Source: Nitrospirota bacterium (GTDB lineage: Bacteria; Nitrospirota; JACRHJ01). From it: a DNA stretch of 64,000 nt. Each line of letters opens with the position of its first letter. Position 1 is the stretch's first letter. The DNA lies in the NCBI GenBank assembly GCA_963845245.1, contig CAWJRJ010000016.1, positions 168,756 to 232,755 on the forward strand, given 5' to 3'. The position numbers and the translations under genes were made by a program. The notes beneath the pieces were generated by a model. It searched no databases and had not been told where the DNA came from. It saw only the letters and a program-made list of their open reading frames with translations. Below are positions 21,651 to 33,366 of the stretch, one piece after another.

Positions 21651-22999
21651 AGCTCCTGCCAGGGCCGCCGCCCTATGGGTGCTCCAGGAGTGGCAGAGGG
21701 GAAAACCCCAGGCCCGCCGCCCTGAAACACTAATCAGAAGAGCCTTCCAGAAGTTCAACCTCGACCCGCGTGATAAGTCCCTTGCCATGGAGCTTGCCTA
21801 CGGCGTGATAAGGCACCTCCTGACCCTCGACCACATCATCTCGTTCTACGTCAGGGAAAACGGGCAGGGCGTCACCCCTACAATAAGGGACGTCCTAAGG
21901 CTTGCAGCATACCAGATAGGATACTTAGACAAGATACCCGAGCGGGCCGCCGTGAACGAGGCGGTTGAGGCCGCCAAGAAGTCTGGCGGACGCGCGGCTG
22001 CGGGGTTCGTGAATGCCGTCCTTCGCTCGCTTCTCCGGAACCCCGGCAAGGTGAGCTATCCCGACCCTAAGAAGCTCCCGTTCTCATGCCTCTCGCTTGA
22101 ATACTCATACCCCGAGTGGCTTTCAAGGAAATGGCTCGGCCGGTTCGGTTTCGATGAAGCCGCGGCCTTGATGGCCGCCGGAAATGCCACCCCGCCCCTG
22201 ACCCTCAGGGTAAATACCCTCAAGACCGACAGGGACTCCCTTGTGCGGCTGCTGGATGAGGCGGGTATCGGATGCTCGCCCACCATGTACGCGCCATATG
22301 GTATAGCTCTTGAAACAGGCAGCCCGATAACGGAGCTTCCCGGCTACAAAGACGGGCTCTTTGCGGTTCAGGACGAGGCGGCCCAACTCATACCGCTGCT
22401 TCTCGCCCCCAAAGCAGGGGACAGGGTTCTTGACGCCTGTGCCGCGCCCGGCGGAAAGAGCGCGCATATTGCCGCACTCGCAGGGTGGGATGCACAGATA
22501 ATAGCGATGGATATTGGCCTTGACAAAACAAAGGCCTTGACCGAGAATATCAGACGGCTGGGTGTGCGCAAGGTGGTGCCGCTTATAGCCGATGCGGCGG
22601 CCCCGCTGCCCTTCAAAGGCCTTTTCGATTCGATACTGCTGGATGCCCCATGCAGCGCCCTCGGTGTAATAAGACGAAGGCCTGAGATCAAATACGCCCG
22701 GCTTGAAAAAGATGTCAGAAGGCTTGCCGAGCTTCAGGCCCGGATGCTTCGGAACCTCGCCCCGGCAGTAAAGCCGGGCGGGGTGCTGGTCTACTCCGTC
22801 TGCTCCACCGAACCTGAGGAGGGCGAACTTCAGGTGGAGGGATTCCTGAAGGAAGACGGCGGTTTTGCCTTGGAAGATGCGCGGGCGTTCCTCCCTCCGG
22901 AGCGCAGGTGAGCTGGTCACGGAAAAGGGCTATTTGAGGACCTGGCCGCACCGGCACGGTACGGACGGTTTCTTTGCGGCGAGGCTTAGGAAGAAATGA
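21643..22999 (+). CDS. rsmB: 16S rRNA m5C967 methyltransferase RsmB (frameshift ~22900)
   Basis: NusB-like N-terminus, DACAAPGGKS, DAPCS, YSVCS; C-terminal [14 protein letters not shown] in a shifted frame. Confidence 0.92.
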
Positions 23000-23802
23000 G
23001 TTACACAAAAAAATTCCTCCAGATCGCGGCCCTCATGATGGGCATATTGGCCCTTGTCCTGATATCGGCCATTATAACGATGAAGGTCGTTACATGGGGC
23101 AGGACGGTGGACGTGCCGAACCTCTCAGGTCAGGAAGTGACCGCTGCCATCAGCGAACTAAAGAAGTCCGGGCTGGAGATAAAGATCGAGAGGCAGGAGC
23201 ACCACCCGACCGTCCCCGAGGGACATATTATAAGCCAGCAGCCGCAGGCAGGCTCATCCGTGAAGAGGGGCCGGGACGTGCAGGTGGTCGTGTCCCTGGG
23301 CTCACAGGAAGTGGTAGTGCCGGAGATAACCGGACAGGTCTTCCGGAAGGTACAGGTCGATCTTAAACAGGTGGGCCTGGTGCTCGGCGATGTCGCAAGG
23401 GCAAATACCCCGCAGCCGCGGGAGCAGGTGGTGGTCCAGTACCCCGACGCCAGGACGATACTCCAGAAGGGTGCTACCGTAGACCTTCTCGTAAGCGACG
23501 GGCCGCAACAGGCTAAATATGTCACGCCGGACCTTACGGGTATGACGGCTGCGCAGGCCGGACAGGCCGTAAAAGACTTCTTCGTCTCCATGACGCCGTC
23601 GGGCACAGGGAAACAGATAGTATCGCAGGACCCGAAGCCCGGCTATCCGGTGCTTGCAGGTGCACAGATAACAGTTACCCTCGGGGTAAAGGCCGCACCC
23701 GCACCGGCATCGACACCGAAGGCGTCACCTGTCCCGGCTCCTAAAACAAACACTAATCCGGCTCCGGCAAAACCGGCAGCACCGGCAAAAGAAAGGGCAT
23801 AG
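22996..23802 (+). CDS. PASTA domain membrane protein
   Basis: N-terminal TM helix and three VP.L.G...Q.P..G PASTA repeats. Confidence 0.88.
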   Translation: MSYTKKFLQIAALMMGILALVLISAIITMKVVTWGRTVDVPNLSGQEVTAAISELKKSGLEIKIERQEHHPTVPEGHIISQQPQAGSSVKRGRDVQVVVSLGSQEVVVPEITGQVFRKVQVDLKQVGLVLGDVARANTPQPREQVVVQYPDARTILQKGATVDLLVSDGPQQAKYVTPDLTGMTAAQAGQAVKDFFVSMTPSGTGKQIVSQDPKPGYPVLAGAQITVTLGVKAAPAPASTPKASPVPAPKTNTNPAPAKPAAPAKERA

Positions 23803-23806
23803 TCAT

Positions 23807-24473
23807 ATGGTAAAGCTCGCTCCTTCAATACTTTCCGCGGATTTCTCAAGGCTCGGCGAAGAGGTCAAGGCAATCGAACAGGCCGGCGCCGACATAATCC
23901 ATGTAGACGTGATGGACGGGCATTTCGTGCCCAATATAACCATCGGCCCGCTGGTGGTGAAGGCCGTGCGCAAGGCGACAAGCCTCCCGGTAGACGTCCA
24001 CCTTATGATAATGGACCCGGACAAATATATTGCGGAGTTTGCAAACGCGGGCGCGGATTACCTTACCGTCCATGCCGAGGTCCTGCCGCACCTTAACCGC
24101 ACCCTGTGCCGAGATACGCAACCACGGGGTCAAGGCCGGGGTGGCGATAAACCCGTCCACGTCGCTTTCAGTGCTCGACTGGGTCTGGGAGTACATGGAC
24201 ATGCTGCTTATCATGAGCGTCAACCCCGGCTTCGGCGGGCAGTCCTTCATACCCAACTGCCTGGACAAGATATCGGGCGCGCGCATCGAGATCGACATGC
24301 GTGGTGTGGAAGTCCTGCTCGAGGTGGACGGCGGTGTAAAGGTGGACAACGCCCGCGAGGTGGCAGAGGCGGGCGCGGACATACTCGTAGCCGGTTCCGC
24401 CGTATTCGGCACCGAAGACTACAAAAAGACGGTGAAGGCCTTCAAGAAGGCCTATAAAGATATAAGGGTTTGA
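23807..24473 (+). CDS. rpe: Ribulose-phosphate 3-epimerase (frameshift ~24105)
   Basis: [36 protein letters not shown] in two frames. Confidence 0.94.
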
Positions 24474-24722
24474 TTTGTTGGTGGTGAGTCAGTTTTGGAT
24501 TTAAATTCTTTCAGGAAGCGTTTGAGCGAAATGCTTCACTTGACGAGCATGATACAATGAGCTATTTAACGTCCAATCATGGGGTTAATCATTAACCTCT
24601 CTTTTTCGTGAATTCAAATTCTCGAACCCATATTAGTCAATCAGATGGTTTAAGTCAGCTGATAGTCTAGCCGATATATATGCTATGCTTGAGTGCTTAA
24701 GGTCTGCACTAGTGCAATTTTA

Positions 24723-24752
24723 TTGACTGAGAGTATCATAACATGCTATAAA
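24723..24752 (+). promoter_or_regulatory. Putative sigma70 promoter of the AT-rich island
   Basis: TTGACT-N18-TATAAA with an extended TGn. Confidence 0.45.
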
Positions 24753-24835
24753 ACACATTCATCAACTAAGTTGAAAAAACATTGTTCTATATCTGCGACC
24801 TCTATTAGTATACAAAAAATAGGATTCATAGTACA

Positions 24836-25342
24836 ATGGTAACTATAAGGGGTTCGCACGGAACAACAAGTCCAACCGTAAAGAGCATTGCAAAGTTTGG
24901 TTGGAAGTCGAAACCCGGAGGTCATCTAGGTCGGGGGATTTATTTCTGGGACAAGAGCGAACATTATATTGAATTGGCTGTTGCGTGGTGTACATACAGA
25001 CATGCCAAAGATGGCAATACATCGTGTGCTGTAATAATAGCCGATTTAAACGCTGAAGAGGAATCAATTCTAGATTGCGAGAAAGAAGAAATCGTAGAAC
25101 GAATTATAGATATTGGACAAAGGTTTAATTACAACTTGGAAGATAATAGGGACCTTGCAAGGCTGTACGATTTTTTTGTATTTTACTTAGAGAAAAAGGG
25201 AACAATTATTAAAATAATAAGAAAACGATTACCCCCGCCAGAAGGGTATAAGTACCCTTTAATGAAGATTAAAGGGCTGCCTCGTTGTTGTTCTGTGCGT
25301 GACGACAAGTGCATAAAAATAGTTGAAACGATTGAATGTTAG
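24836..25342 (+). CDS. Putative ADP-ribosyltransferase toxin (CmdT-like)
   Basis: N-terminal HGT and LGRGIYFW motifs of H-Y-type ART folds; first gene of a tight three-gene unit ending in a SecB-like gene. Confidence 0.7.
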   Translation: MVTIRGSHGTTSPTVKSIAKFGWKSKPGGHLGRGIYFWDKSEHYIELAVAWCTYRHAKDGNTSCAVIIADLNAEEESILDCEKEEIVERIIDIGQRFNYNLEDNRDLARLYDFFVFYLEKKGTIIKIIRKRLPPPEGYKYPLMKIKGLPRCCSVRDDKCIKIVETIEC

Positions 25343-25352
25343 GAGTGAGAAA

Positions 25353-25700
25353 ATGAATAAGAAGCTTTTGGCGGCCATAGATGAAGTTTATCGGGAAATT
25401 ATGGCCATGACCAAAGAAGAATTTTATAAAAAGATCGGCGATCACGAGGAAGGTGATGTTGCAAGGTTTTTAATAGAAACTAATGCCTTTGAAGCCGAAG
25501 ATGTTATATGCCAATCATTTGAAGGCAATAATTGGAAAACAGAAACAATAAGCAAAACGTTTTCGATGAAGGAAACGGCTTGTTGTTTGAGTGGTAATTT
25601 TTATTCGTCCTCTCTGATTGGTACTATAGGAGCACGAATCATAGAAAATGACAAAGAGAAGGATGACGATAAATGCAACCTGTTAGCGATGGCAGCGTAA
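25353..25700 (+). CDS. Putative antitoxin with degron-like tail (CmdA-like)
   Basis: AGGAG RBS; 115 aa, acidic/polar C-terminal half ending LLAMAA; position between ART and SecB-like genes. Confidence 0.55.
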   Translation: MNKKLLAAIDEVYREIMAMTKEEFYKKIGDHEEGDVARFLIETNAFEAEDVICQSFEGNNWKTETISKTFSMKETACCLSGNFYSSSLIGTIGARIIENDKEKDDDKCNLLAMAA

Positions 25701-26185
25701 AGTCTGCCTTTTCTTTTGAATCATATAAAATAGACGATATTTCTTTTGAAATGAAGAAATATGTCGAATTGCTTGAATATACTGGGAATTTCGATTCTAA
25801 CGCATGGGTCCCGCATGTTGAGATAGGGAAACCCGTTTATTTAGTGAAAGAGCAGAAATATATCTCCAGTCTGGAAGTTAAATTACAGCTCATGCCTTAT
25901 AAAGAGGAAGAAAAAAAAGAAGAAGTCCCAGAGCCGCTTTTGAATTGCGAGTTACATATCTCCGGTCTATTTTCGGTTGAAAAGGGACGGCTTACAGAAG
26001 AAGTTGAAAAAAATCTTGTAAAGATCCAATTGCCCGCCCTGCTGATGCCTTATGCCAGGGGAGTTTTAACGTCTATTTTATCAAATGCAGGGTTTGGAAC
26101 AGTCATATTGCCCTTGATAAATATTAACGAATTAGCTCGGCAGGTTGAGGGCGAGTTAGAAATCCAATTATTAACGACTGATTAA
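25673..26185 (+). CDS. SecB-like chaperone (CmdC-like)
   Basis: N-terminal FSFESYKIDDISF strand; C-terminal PALLMPYARGVLTSILSNAGFGTVILPLIN SecB signature. Confidence 0.82.
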   Translation: MQPVSDGSVKSAFSFESYKIDDISFEMKKYVELLEYTGNFDSNAWVPHVEIGKPVYLVKEQKYISSLEVKLQLMPYKEEEKKEEVPEPLLNCELHISGLFSVEKGRLTEEVEKNLVKIQLPALLMPYARGVLTSILSNAGFGTVILPLININELARQVEGELEIQLLTTD

Positions 26186-26257
26186 TCCAGCAGCCCTGCT
26201 ATTTCCTCCAAACTCCCAATATGGGCAGAAACACCTGCCTCCAAACCTACTATTTCC

Positions 26258-26286
26258 TTGACTTCAAATTGATTGTCGTCTAAAAT
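26258..26286 (+). promoter_or_regulatory. Sigma70 promoter of the ffh operon
   Basis: TTGACT-N17-TAAAAT. Confidence 0.6.
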
Positions 26287-26377
26287 CACTTTTTCCCTTT
26301 ATAGGGTGGGGACAGGTATGCTCATGTCCCGATGCCCGGCTAAAGGGGCAATATATTTAAAAAACAAGGGGTTTTAG

Positions 26378-27711
<1,334 letters not shown>

Positions 27712-27764
27712 GTTCCGCGCGTTATACGGCGCGGTTTGGATAATACAAGAAGGAGGTGATTTAG

Positions 27765-28028
27765 ATGGCGGTAAGGATCAGACTCACAAGGAAGGGGACG
27801 CACAAGGCTCCCTACTATCGTATTGTTGCTGCGGATTCCAGGATGCCCAGAGACGGGCGTTTCCTCGAAATACTCGGCACATACGACCCGCTGCAGAACC
27901 CTGCAGTTATACAGATGGACGAGGAGAAGGTAATAACCTGGCTCAAAAAAGGTGCCACCCCCTCGGACACTGCTAAAATCCTCATGAAGAAAACCGGGAT
28001 TTTTGGTAAGCTTAAAGAGACGGCATAG
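27765..28028 (+). CDS. rpsP: 30S ribosomal protein S16
   Basis: MAVRIRLTR, YRIVAADSR.PRDGRFLE.LG.YDP. Confidence 0.97.
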   Translation: MAVRIRLTRKGTHKAPYYRIVAADSRMPRDGRFLEILGTYDPLQNPAVIQMDEEKVITWLKKGATPSDTAKILMKKTGIFGKLKETA

Positions 28029-28075
28029 TTTTCAATCTCAATATCAGCCGGCACGACTGACACGCGGAGGTGAAT

Positions 28076-28306
28076 ATGAAGGCCCTCATCGAATACATTG
28101 CCAAATCTCTGGTAGACAACCCGGAAGCGGTTTCAGTAGCCGAGGTTGAGGGAGAGAAGACCACCGTGATCGAACTCAGGGTGGCCCAGACCGACCTGGG
28201 CAAGGTTATCGGCAAGGAAGGCAAGACCGCCCGGGCCATGCGCACCATCTTGAATGCCGCCGGTACGAAGATAGGCAAAAGATGCGTACTGGAGATACTG
28301 GAATAG
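28076..28306 (+). CDS. khpA: KH-domain RNA-binding protein
   Basis: [17 protein letters not shown]; between rpsP and rimM. Confidence 0.9.
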   Translation: MKALIEYIAKSLVDNPEAVSVAEVEGEKTTVIELRVAQTDLGKVIGKEGKTARAMRTILNAAGTKIGKRCVLEILE

Positions 28307-28821
28307 GCAAATCTGTCGTAGTCGGCGTAGTATTAAAGCCTGTCGGGCTCAAGGGTGAGCTTAAGATCAAATCCCTTTCAGACAACCCGGACAGGTACGC
28401 CCCTGGCAAGAGGATATGGGTCCAGACCCCCAAAGGGCCTGAAGACTTTGTCATCACCGGGGCGAGAGAGACCAAGGGCATCTTTGTCGTCTCGCTCGAA
28501 GGCGTTACAGACATCGACCGCGCGGAGCAGTTGCGCGGCCTTGATGTCTTCGTACCCGAGAGCGAGGTGCCGCCGCTGCCTGAAGGCGAGTATTACCACT
28601 ACCAGATACTCGGCCTGCCGGTCTACAACTACAAGGGTGTCCTGCTCGGCAAGGTCGACGATATCTTCACCGCCGGCGTCAAGGATGTCTACGTCGTCAA
28701 GGGACAGGGTAAAGAGTATATGATACCGGTCAACGACGATACGGTGGACGAAATCGACGTGAAGGGCGGCAGGATAACCCTCAAACGTATGAAAGGCTAC
28801 CTGCCTGAAGATGAAGTTTGA
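28282..28821 (+). CDS. rimM: Ribosome maturation factor RimM
   Basis: [15 protein letters not shown]...ILG, PRC barrel; synteny. Confidence 0.92.
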   Translation: MRTGDTGIGKSVVVGVVLKPVGLKGELKIKSLSDNPDRYAPGKRIWVQTPKGPEDFVITGARETKGIFVVSLEGVTDIDRAEQLRGLDVFVPESEVPPLPEGEYYHYQILGLPVYNYKGVLLGKVDDIFTAGVKDVYVVKGQGKEYMIPVNDDTVDEIDVKGGRITLKRMKGYLPEDEV

Positions 28822-29561
28822 AGTACTGACCCTTTTCCCGGGTATCGTGAACGCCGCCCTCTCTGACAGCATCCTGAAGAAGGCGATGGAAAAGGGGCTG
28901 CTTGAGGTCAAGGTAACGGACCTCCGTGATTTTACCCACGACAGGCACAATACCGCCGACGATGCCCCTTTTGGCGGAGGCCCGGGCATGGTCATGAAGC
29001 CGGAGCCGGTCTTCGAGGCGGTCGAAAGGATAAAAGCGGAAGCGGAAGGGGAGTGCGTCAGGGTAATACTGATGTCACCACAGGGCGAGGTCTTCAACCA
29101 CAAGAAGGCACTTGAGTTCTCCCGCGAAAAATGCAAGCTGGTCCTGATCTGCGGCAGGTACGAGGGGATAGACGAGCGTGTCAGGCTTGCGCTCGTCGAC
29201 GAGGAAATCTCCATCGGGGATTTCGTCCTCTCGGGCGGTGAGATGGCCGCCGCCGTGGTTATAGAGGCCGCGGCAAGGCTGATGCCCGGCGTGCTTGGCA
29301 CCGATGAATCAGCGGAGCTTGACTCGTTCTACGACGGGCTCCTCGATTACCCGCATTATACCAGGCCGGCGCAATTCCAGGGATATGTCGGTCCCCGATG
29401 TGCTTCTCTCCGGGAACCACGCCGAGATAAGGCGCTGGAGGAGGAAGGAAGCCCTGAAGGCCACCATGAAGAAGCGCCCTGACCTGCTGGAAAAGGTTGA
29501 ACTTGGCCCGGAGGACAAAAAGCTGATGGGCGAGATAGAAGCTGAGATGTGGGAAGGATAG
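28811..29561 (+). CDS. trmD: tRNA (guanine-N1)-methyltransferase TrmD (frameshift ~29380)
   Basis: [39 protein letters not shown]. Confidence 0.95.
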
Positions 29562-30121
29562 ACACCTCTCAAATATTCGTCGCCCTGCTGCACCACCCGG
29601 TCTACAACAAGACCGGTGCCATAGTGACCACGGCGATAACGAACCTCGACCTGCACGATATCGCGCGTACCTCGACGACGTTTGCACTGGGCGGCTACTA
29701 TGTAGTGAACCCGCAGCCCGCGCAGAGGGAGCTTGCAGGCAGGATAACCGCCCACTGGGTAAGTGGTTTCGGCGCGGAGTACAACCCGAACAGGGGCGAG
29801 GCGCTCGGCAATATCAGGATCGTCTCCGAACTATCCGACGCGATGGCAGACATCGAACAGCGCTGCGGAAAACGGCCAAAGACGATCGCCACGGCCGCAA
29901 AGGGCGCCGATGGGGCTATAGGATATAACCGCATGAGGGAGACGCTGAAGGAAGGCGGCCCGCACGTGCTGCTTTTCGGCACCGGCTGGGGCCTTACCCG
30001 TGAATTTCTGGCCTCGTGCGACTATATGCTGAAGCCCATAGAGGGCCTCGGGGGATATAACCACCTGCCGGTTCGTTCGGCGGTTGCGATTATACTTGAC
30101 AGACTGCTATCCAATAGGTAA
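29549..30121 (+). CDS. SPOUT-class RNA methyltransferase (trmD-associated)
   Basis: [44 protein letters not shown]. Confidence 0.85.
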   Translation: MGRIDTSQIFVALLHHPVYNKTGAIVTTAITNLDLHDIARTSTTFALGGYYVVNPQPAQRELAGRITAHWVSGFGAEYNPNRGEALGNIRIVSELSDAMADIEQRCGKRPKTIATAAKGADGAIGYNRMRETLKEGGPHVLLFGTGWGLTREFLASCDYMLKPIEGLGGYNHLPVRSAVAIILDRLLSNR

Positions 30122-30178
30122 TAATTCCCGGTCGGCACTAACGGTGTCGCCGGAATCATCAGTCAGGAGGATTTAAAG

Positions 30179-30578
30179 ATGAACATACTGGACTCCATCG
30201 AGAAGGAGCAGATGAGGGAGATCCCGGATTTTGCCATAGGGGACACGCTCAAGGTGTCGCTTAAGGTAAAAGAGGGCGAAAAAGAGCGTATTACAGGTAT
30301 TCGAGGGCGTCTGCATCGCCAGGAGCGGTGGCGGCGCGCGCGAGACCTTCACCGTCCGCAAGGTATCCTACGGCGAGGGCGTCGAGAGGACGATACCGCT
30401 TCACTCCCCGCTTATCGAGAAGATACTGGTTGCCAAGCACGGCAGCGTTGCCCGCGCCAAGCTCTTCTACCTGCGCGAGCTCTCGGGCAAGGCGACAAGG
30501 ATAAAAGAGAAGGAATACAGGCCGGAAAAGGCCGCCAAGGCGAAAGCCGCGAAGGCAGCCAAAGCAGCAGGCAAGTAA
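30179..30578 (+). CDS. rplS: 50S ribosomal protein L19 (frameshift ~30297)
   Basis: [14 protein letters not shown], then [30 protein letters not shown] in a shifted frame. Confidence 0.93.
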
Positions 30579-30610
30579 ACCGCCACTCCAAGGGGTGTCC
30601 AAGGAGTACT

Positions 30611-31274
30611 ATGGCCGGCCCGGGCAAAAAAAATTCTGAACTCAGCTTCACTTTCGAGGAAGGCATCATGCCTTCCTTGTATTTTTTTGAGCTGGACATG
30701 TCAGGCCGGGGCTACTTCAGGATTGCCGGGGTGGACGAGGCAGGCCGCGGCCCGCTTGCAGGGCCTGTTGTGGCGGGCTGTGTAATACTAAAGCCCGGCC
30801 AGACGATAGAGGGGGTCAACGACTCCAAGAAGCTCACCGAGAAGCAGAGGGACAAGCTCTGCACCACCATCTGCTCGGAAGCGCTTCGACTTCGGCGTCG
30901 GCGTCGTCGAGGCGGACGAGATAGACCGGATAAACATCCTCCAGGCATCAAAGAAGGCGATGCTTCTCGCGATAGAAGACCTGAAACACCCGCCCGACTA
31001 CCTGCTGATAGACGCCATGACCCTTGAGATAAACATCCCGCAGAAGCCGCTCATCAAGGGCGACGCACGAAGCGCGTCCATCGCCGCCGCATCCATAATC
31101 GCAAAGACCACCCGCGACCGCATAATGCTCGGGCACCACGCAAGGTACCCGGAGTACGGCTTCGACGGCCACAAAGGCTACGGCTGCAAGACACACATGG
31201 AAGCGATAAAAAAACACGGCCCATGCCCGATACACAGGCTGAGCTTCAAGGGGGTATGTACTCGTGAACTATAA
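30611..31274 (+). CDS. rnhB: Ribonuclease HII (frameshift ~30887)
   Basis: [43 protein letters not shown]. Confidence 0.93.
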
Positions 31275-31962
31275 AGACTCGATGTGGGCTGACCCGGAAT
31301 TTTCGGACAACTACGCCAATAACGCCGACAGCATAATCCTTGAGCGCAGCAGGCTCATCGGTGTCCTGAAGTCCTTCTACGGCCATTTTCTTGCGGACCG
31401 TGGGCATGTGGACGTGCTGGACCTGGGCTGCGGGGACGGCACTCTCACGCTTGAACTCATGAAGGAGTATTCCAACTTCTCCGCGATGCTGCTCGACGGC
31501 TCCGAGGACATGCTGAAGAAGGCGAAGGAGCGCGTCCACGGAAGCCGCGTGGAGTTCGTCAACGCAAGCTTCCAGGAGGTCCTGGGCGGGAAGTTCGACC
31601 TGCCGGAATTCGATTTCATATTCTCCTCCCTCGCGATACACCACCTTGAGACCGAGGAGAAGGAAGACCTCTACGCATATATCCGCGACAGCCTCAGGCA
31701 GGAAGGATGCTTCGTGAACATCGACGTCGTCCTGCCGCCTTCCGAGGACCTTGAAAAATGGTACCTCGAAGTATGGCGCGACTGGGTGGACGACACGGGG
31801 CTTGAGGACGGCCTGGAACTTATAAACAGGTACAAGGGCAACCAGGACAACAAGCCCGACACCCTCCAGCGCCAGCTTGACATGCTGAACCGCCTTGGTT
31901 TCAAAGACGTCGACTGCTACTACAAGAACGGCATCTTCGCCGTGTTCGGCGGCAGGAAGTAA
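31264..31962 (+). CDS. Class I SAM-dependent methyltransferase
   Basis: VLDLGCGDG motif I, SSLAIHHL. Confidence 0.88.
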   Translation: MNYKDSMWADPEFSDNYANNADSIILERSRLIGVLKSFYGHFLADRGHVDVLDLGCGDGTLTLELMKEYSNFSAMLLDGSEDMLKKAKERVHGSRVEFVNASFQEVLGGKFDLPEFDFIFSSLAIHHLETEEKEDLYAYIRDSLRQEGCFVNIDVVLPPSEDLEKWYLEVWRDWVDDTGLEDGLELINRYKGNQDNKPDTLQRQLDMLNRLGFKDVDCYYKNGIFAVFGGRK

Positions 31963-31993
31963 CACCTCGTCTCACTGTTTTTCCCCGGTACTC

Positions 31994-32791
31994 CTTTTGC
32001 CAACATACCCCTTTTCTGCTACAGTTTGAGTATCTTAATTTATCCTGCAAAGGAAATCGTGTCATGTTCGCAATAAATCACGCAGCCACGGGTCTGATCA
32101 TAAAAAAGATATACCCCGATGTACCGATGCCCATGATTTTAGTGTCAGTCCAACTGATAGAGGTCATCTGGGTAGCATTAAACTTCTTCGGCGTAGAAAA
32201 GACAACAACCGAAGACAAAGTAAAATCAGTCGGTGACGTACATCTAAAGTACATGCCGTTTTCCCACTCGGTTATTACCACGGCTGTTCTGGCGTCTGGC
32301 GCGTGGTTGCTCTTTACTTTTGGCTTCAAAGAGCATGATATAGGAATGGCCGTTGGGCTGGGGATATGTTCCCATCTTGTGCTTGACCTGATAAGTCATG
32401 CCCGGGATATCGCCATCGCGCCATTTCTGGACGGCAGGAAGTTTGGCTTGGGGCTCTATGAGAAGAAGCCGGTTGTTGCCTTCGTGTTCGAGACAATCTA
32501 TGGGATCTTCTGCTGGTGGGTATACGGAGGGAGTGCGGCGCTGTTCTGGATAATCGTAGTCTTTAATCTGGCTAACGCCTCTTTCTTCATTAGAGCCATA
32601 CCCGGACCGGAAAGATTTTTGGCACATAGGCCAGCCTGGATTACTGCCGTAGTAGCACTGCAAATTATCGTAACGGCTGTACTTGTGGGGACATTCAGTT
32701 GAGGTAATGTAACCGGCAGGAATGCCGATGTAAGAAGCCCGATGTCTGGCCCTGCTTTTGCCAACAAACCCTTTTTCTGTTAAAGTTTAAG
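31994..32791 (+). repeat. 37-bp imperfect direct repeat (31994-32030 and 32755-32791) containing a promoter-like motif
   Basis: 32/37 identical; TTGCCA-N17-TACAGT versus TTGCCA-N17-TAAAGT. Confidence 0.75.
32064..32702 (+). CDS. Membrane-bound metal-dependent hydrolase-like protein
   Basis: N-terminal His, PFSHS, SHLVLDLISH; multiple TM helices. Confidence 0.75.
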   Translation: MFAINHAATGLIIKKIYPDVPMPMILVSVQLIEVIWVALNFFGVEKTTTEDKVKSVGDVHLKYMPFSHSVITTAVLASGAWLLFTFGFKEHDIGMAVGLGICSHLVLDLISHARDIAIAPFLDGRKFGLGLYEKKPVVAFVFETIYGIFCWWVYGGSAALFWIIVVFNLANASFFIRAIPGPERFLAHRPAWITAVVALQIIVTAVLVGTFS

Positions 32792-32865
32792 CTTGATCCT
32801 GCTGTCGGCGTTATAATTTGAACAATTGAAAATAAACCAAATAAAACTGAAAGGGTAATGGACAA

Positions 32866-33366
32866 ATGGAGTTTTTTGAAATAGTGGATGAGAGCGGTAA
32901 TGTGATAGGTACGGCACCTCGCAACAAGTGTCACGGCGACCCGTCTCTTGTGCACAGGGCGGCACACGTATTGGTATTCAATAGCGAGGGGAAACTCCTC
33001 CTTCAGCTTCGCTCGAAAGACAAGGACATTCAGCCAGGCAAATGGGACACGTCTGTGGGTGGCCACCTCGGCGTAGGCGAGACCTATGAATTGGCCGCGG
33101 CGCGTGAGATGGAGGAAGAGCTGGGCATTACAGGGGCGAAACTCCAGTACCTCTACGACTACCCGCTAAGAAATGCAATCGAGTCGGAGAACATCAGGAG
33201 CTTCTACATCGTTTACGACGGGGCAGTGAAACACCAGCCAGAGGAGATAGACGAAGTCAGGTGGTGGGATATACGAGACGTACACAACTCTCTCGGCATC
33301 GGTATCTTCACGCCGAACTTCGAGGAGGAGTTCGGGCTGTATGAAAAATGGAGGGACGGCAGGTGA
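32866..33366 (+). CDS. NUDIX hydrolase (Idi/YfcD-like)
   Basis: HRAAHVLVFN, GGHLGVGETYELAAAREMEEELG Nudix box. Confidence 0.9.
   Translation: MEFFEIVDESGNVIGTAPRNKCHGDPSLVHRAAHVLVFNSEGKLLLQLRSKDKDIQPGKWDTSVGGHLGVGETYELAAAREMEEELGITGAKLQYLYDYPLRNAIESENIRSFYIVYDGAVKHQPEEIDEVRWWDIRDVHNSLGIGIFTPNFEEEFGLYEKWRDGR

Noticed and set aside
25673..26185. Housekeeping protein-export SecB
   Set aside because: It lies in a low-GC island coupled to toxin-like and antitoxin-like genes, which fits a TAC chaperone.
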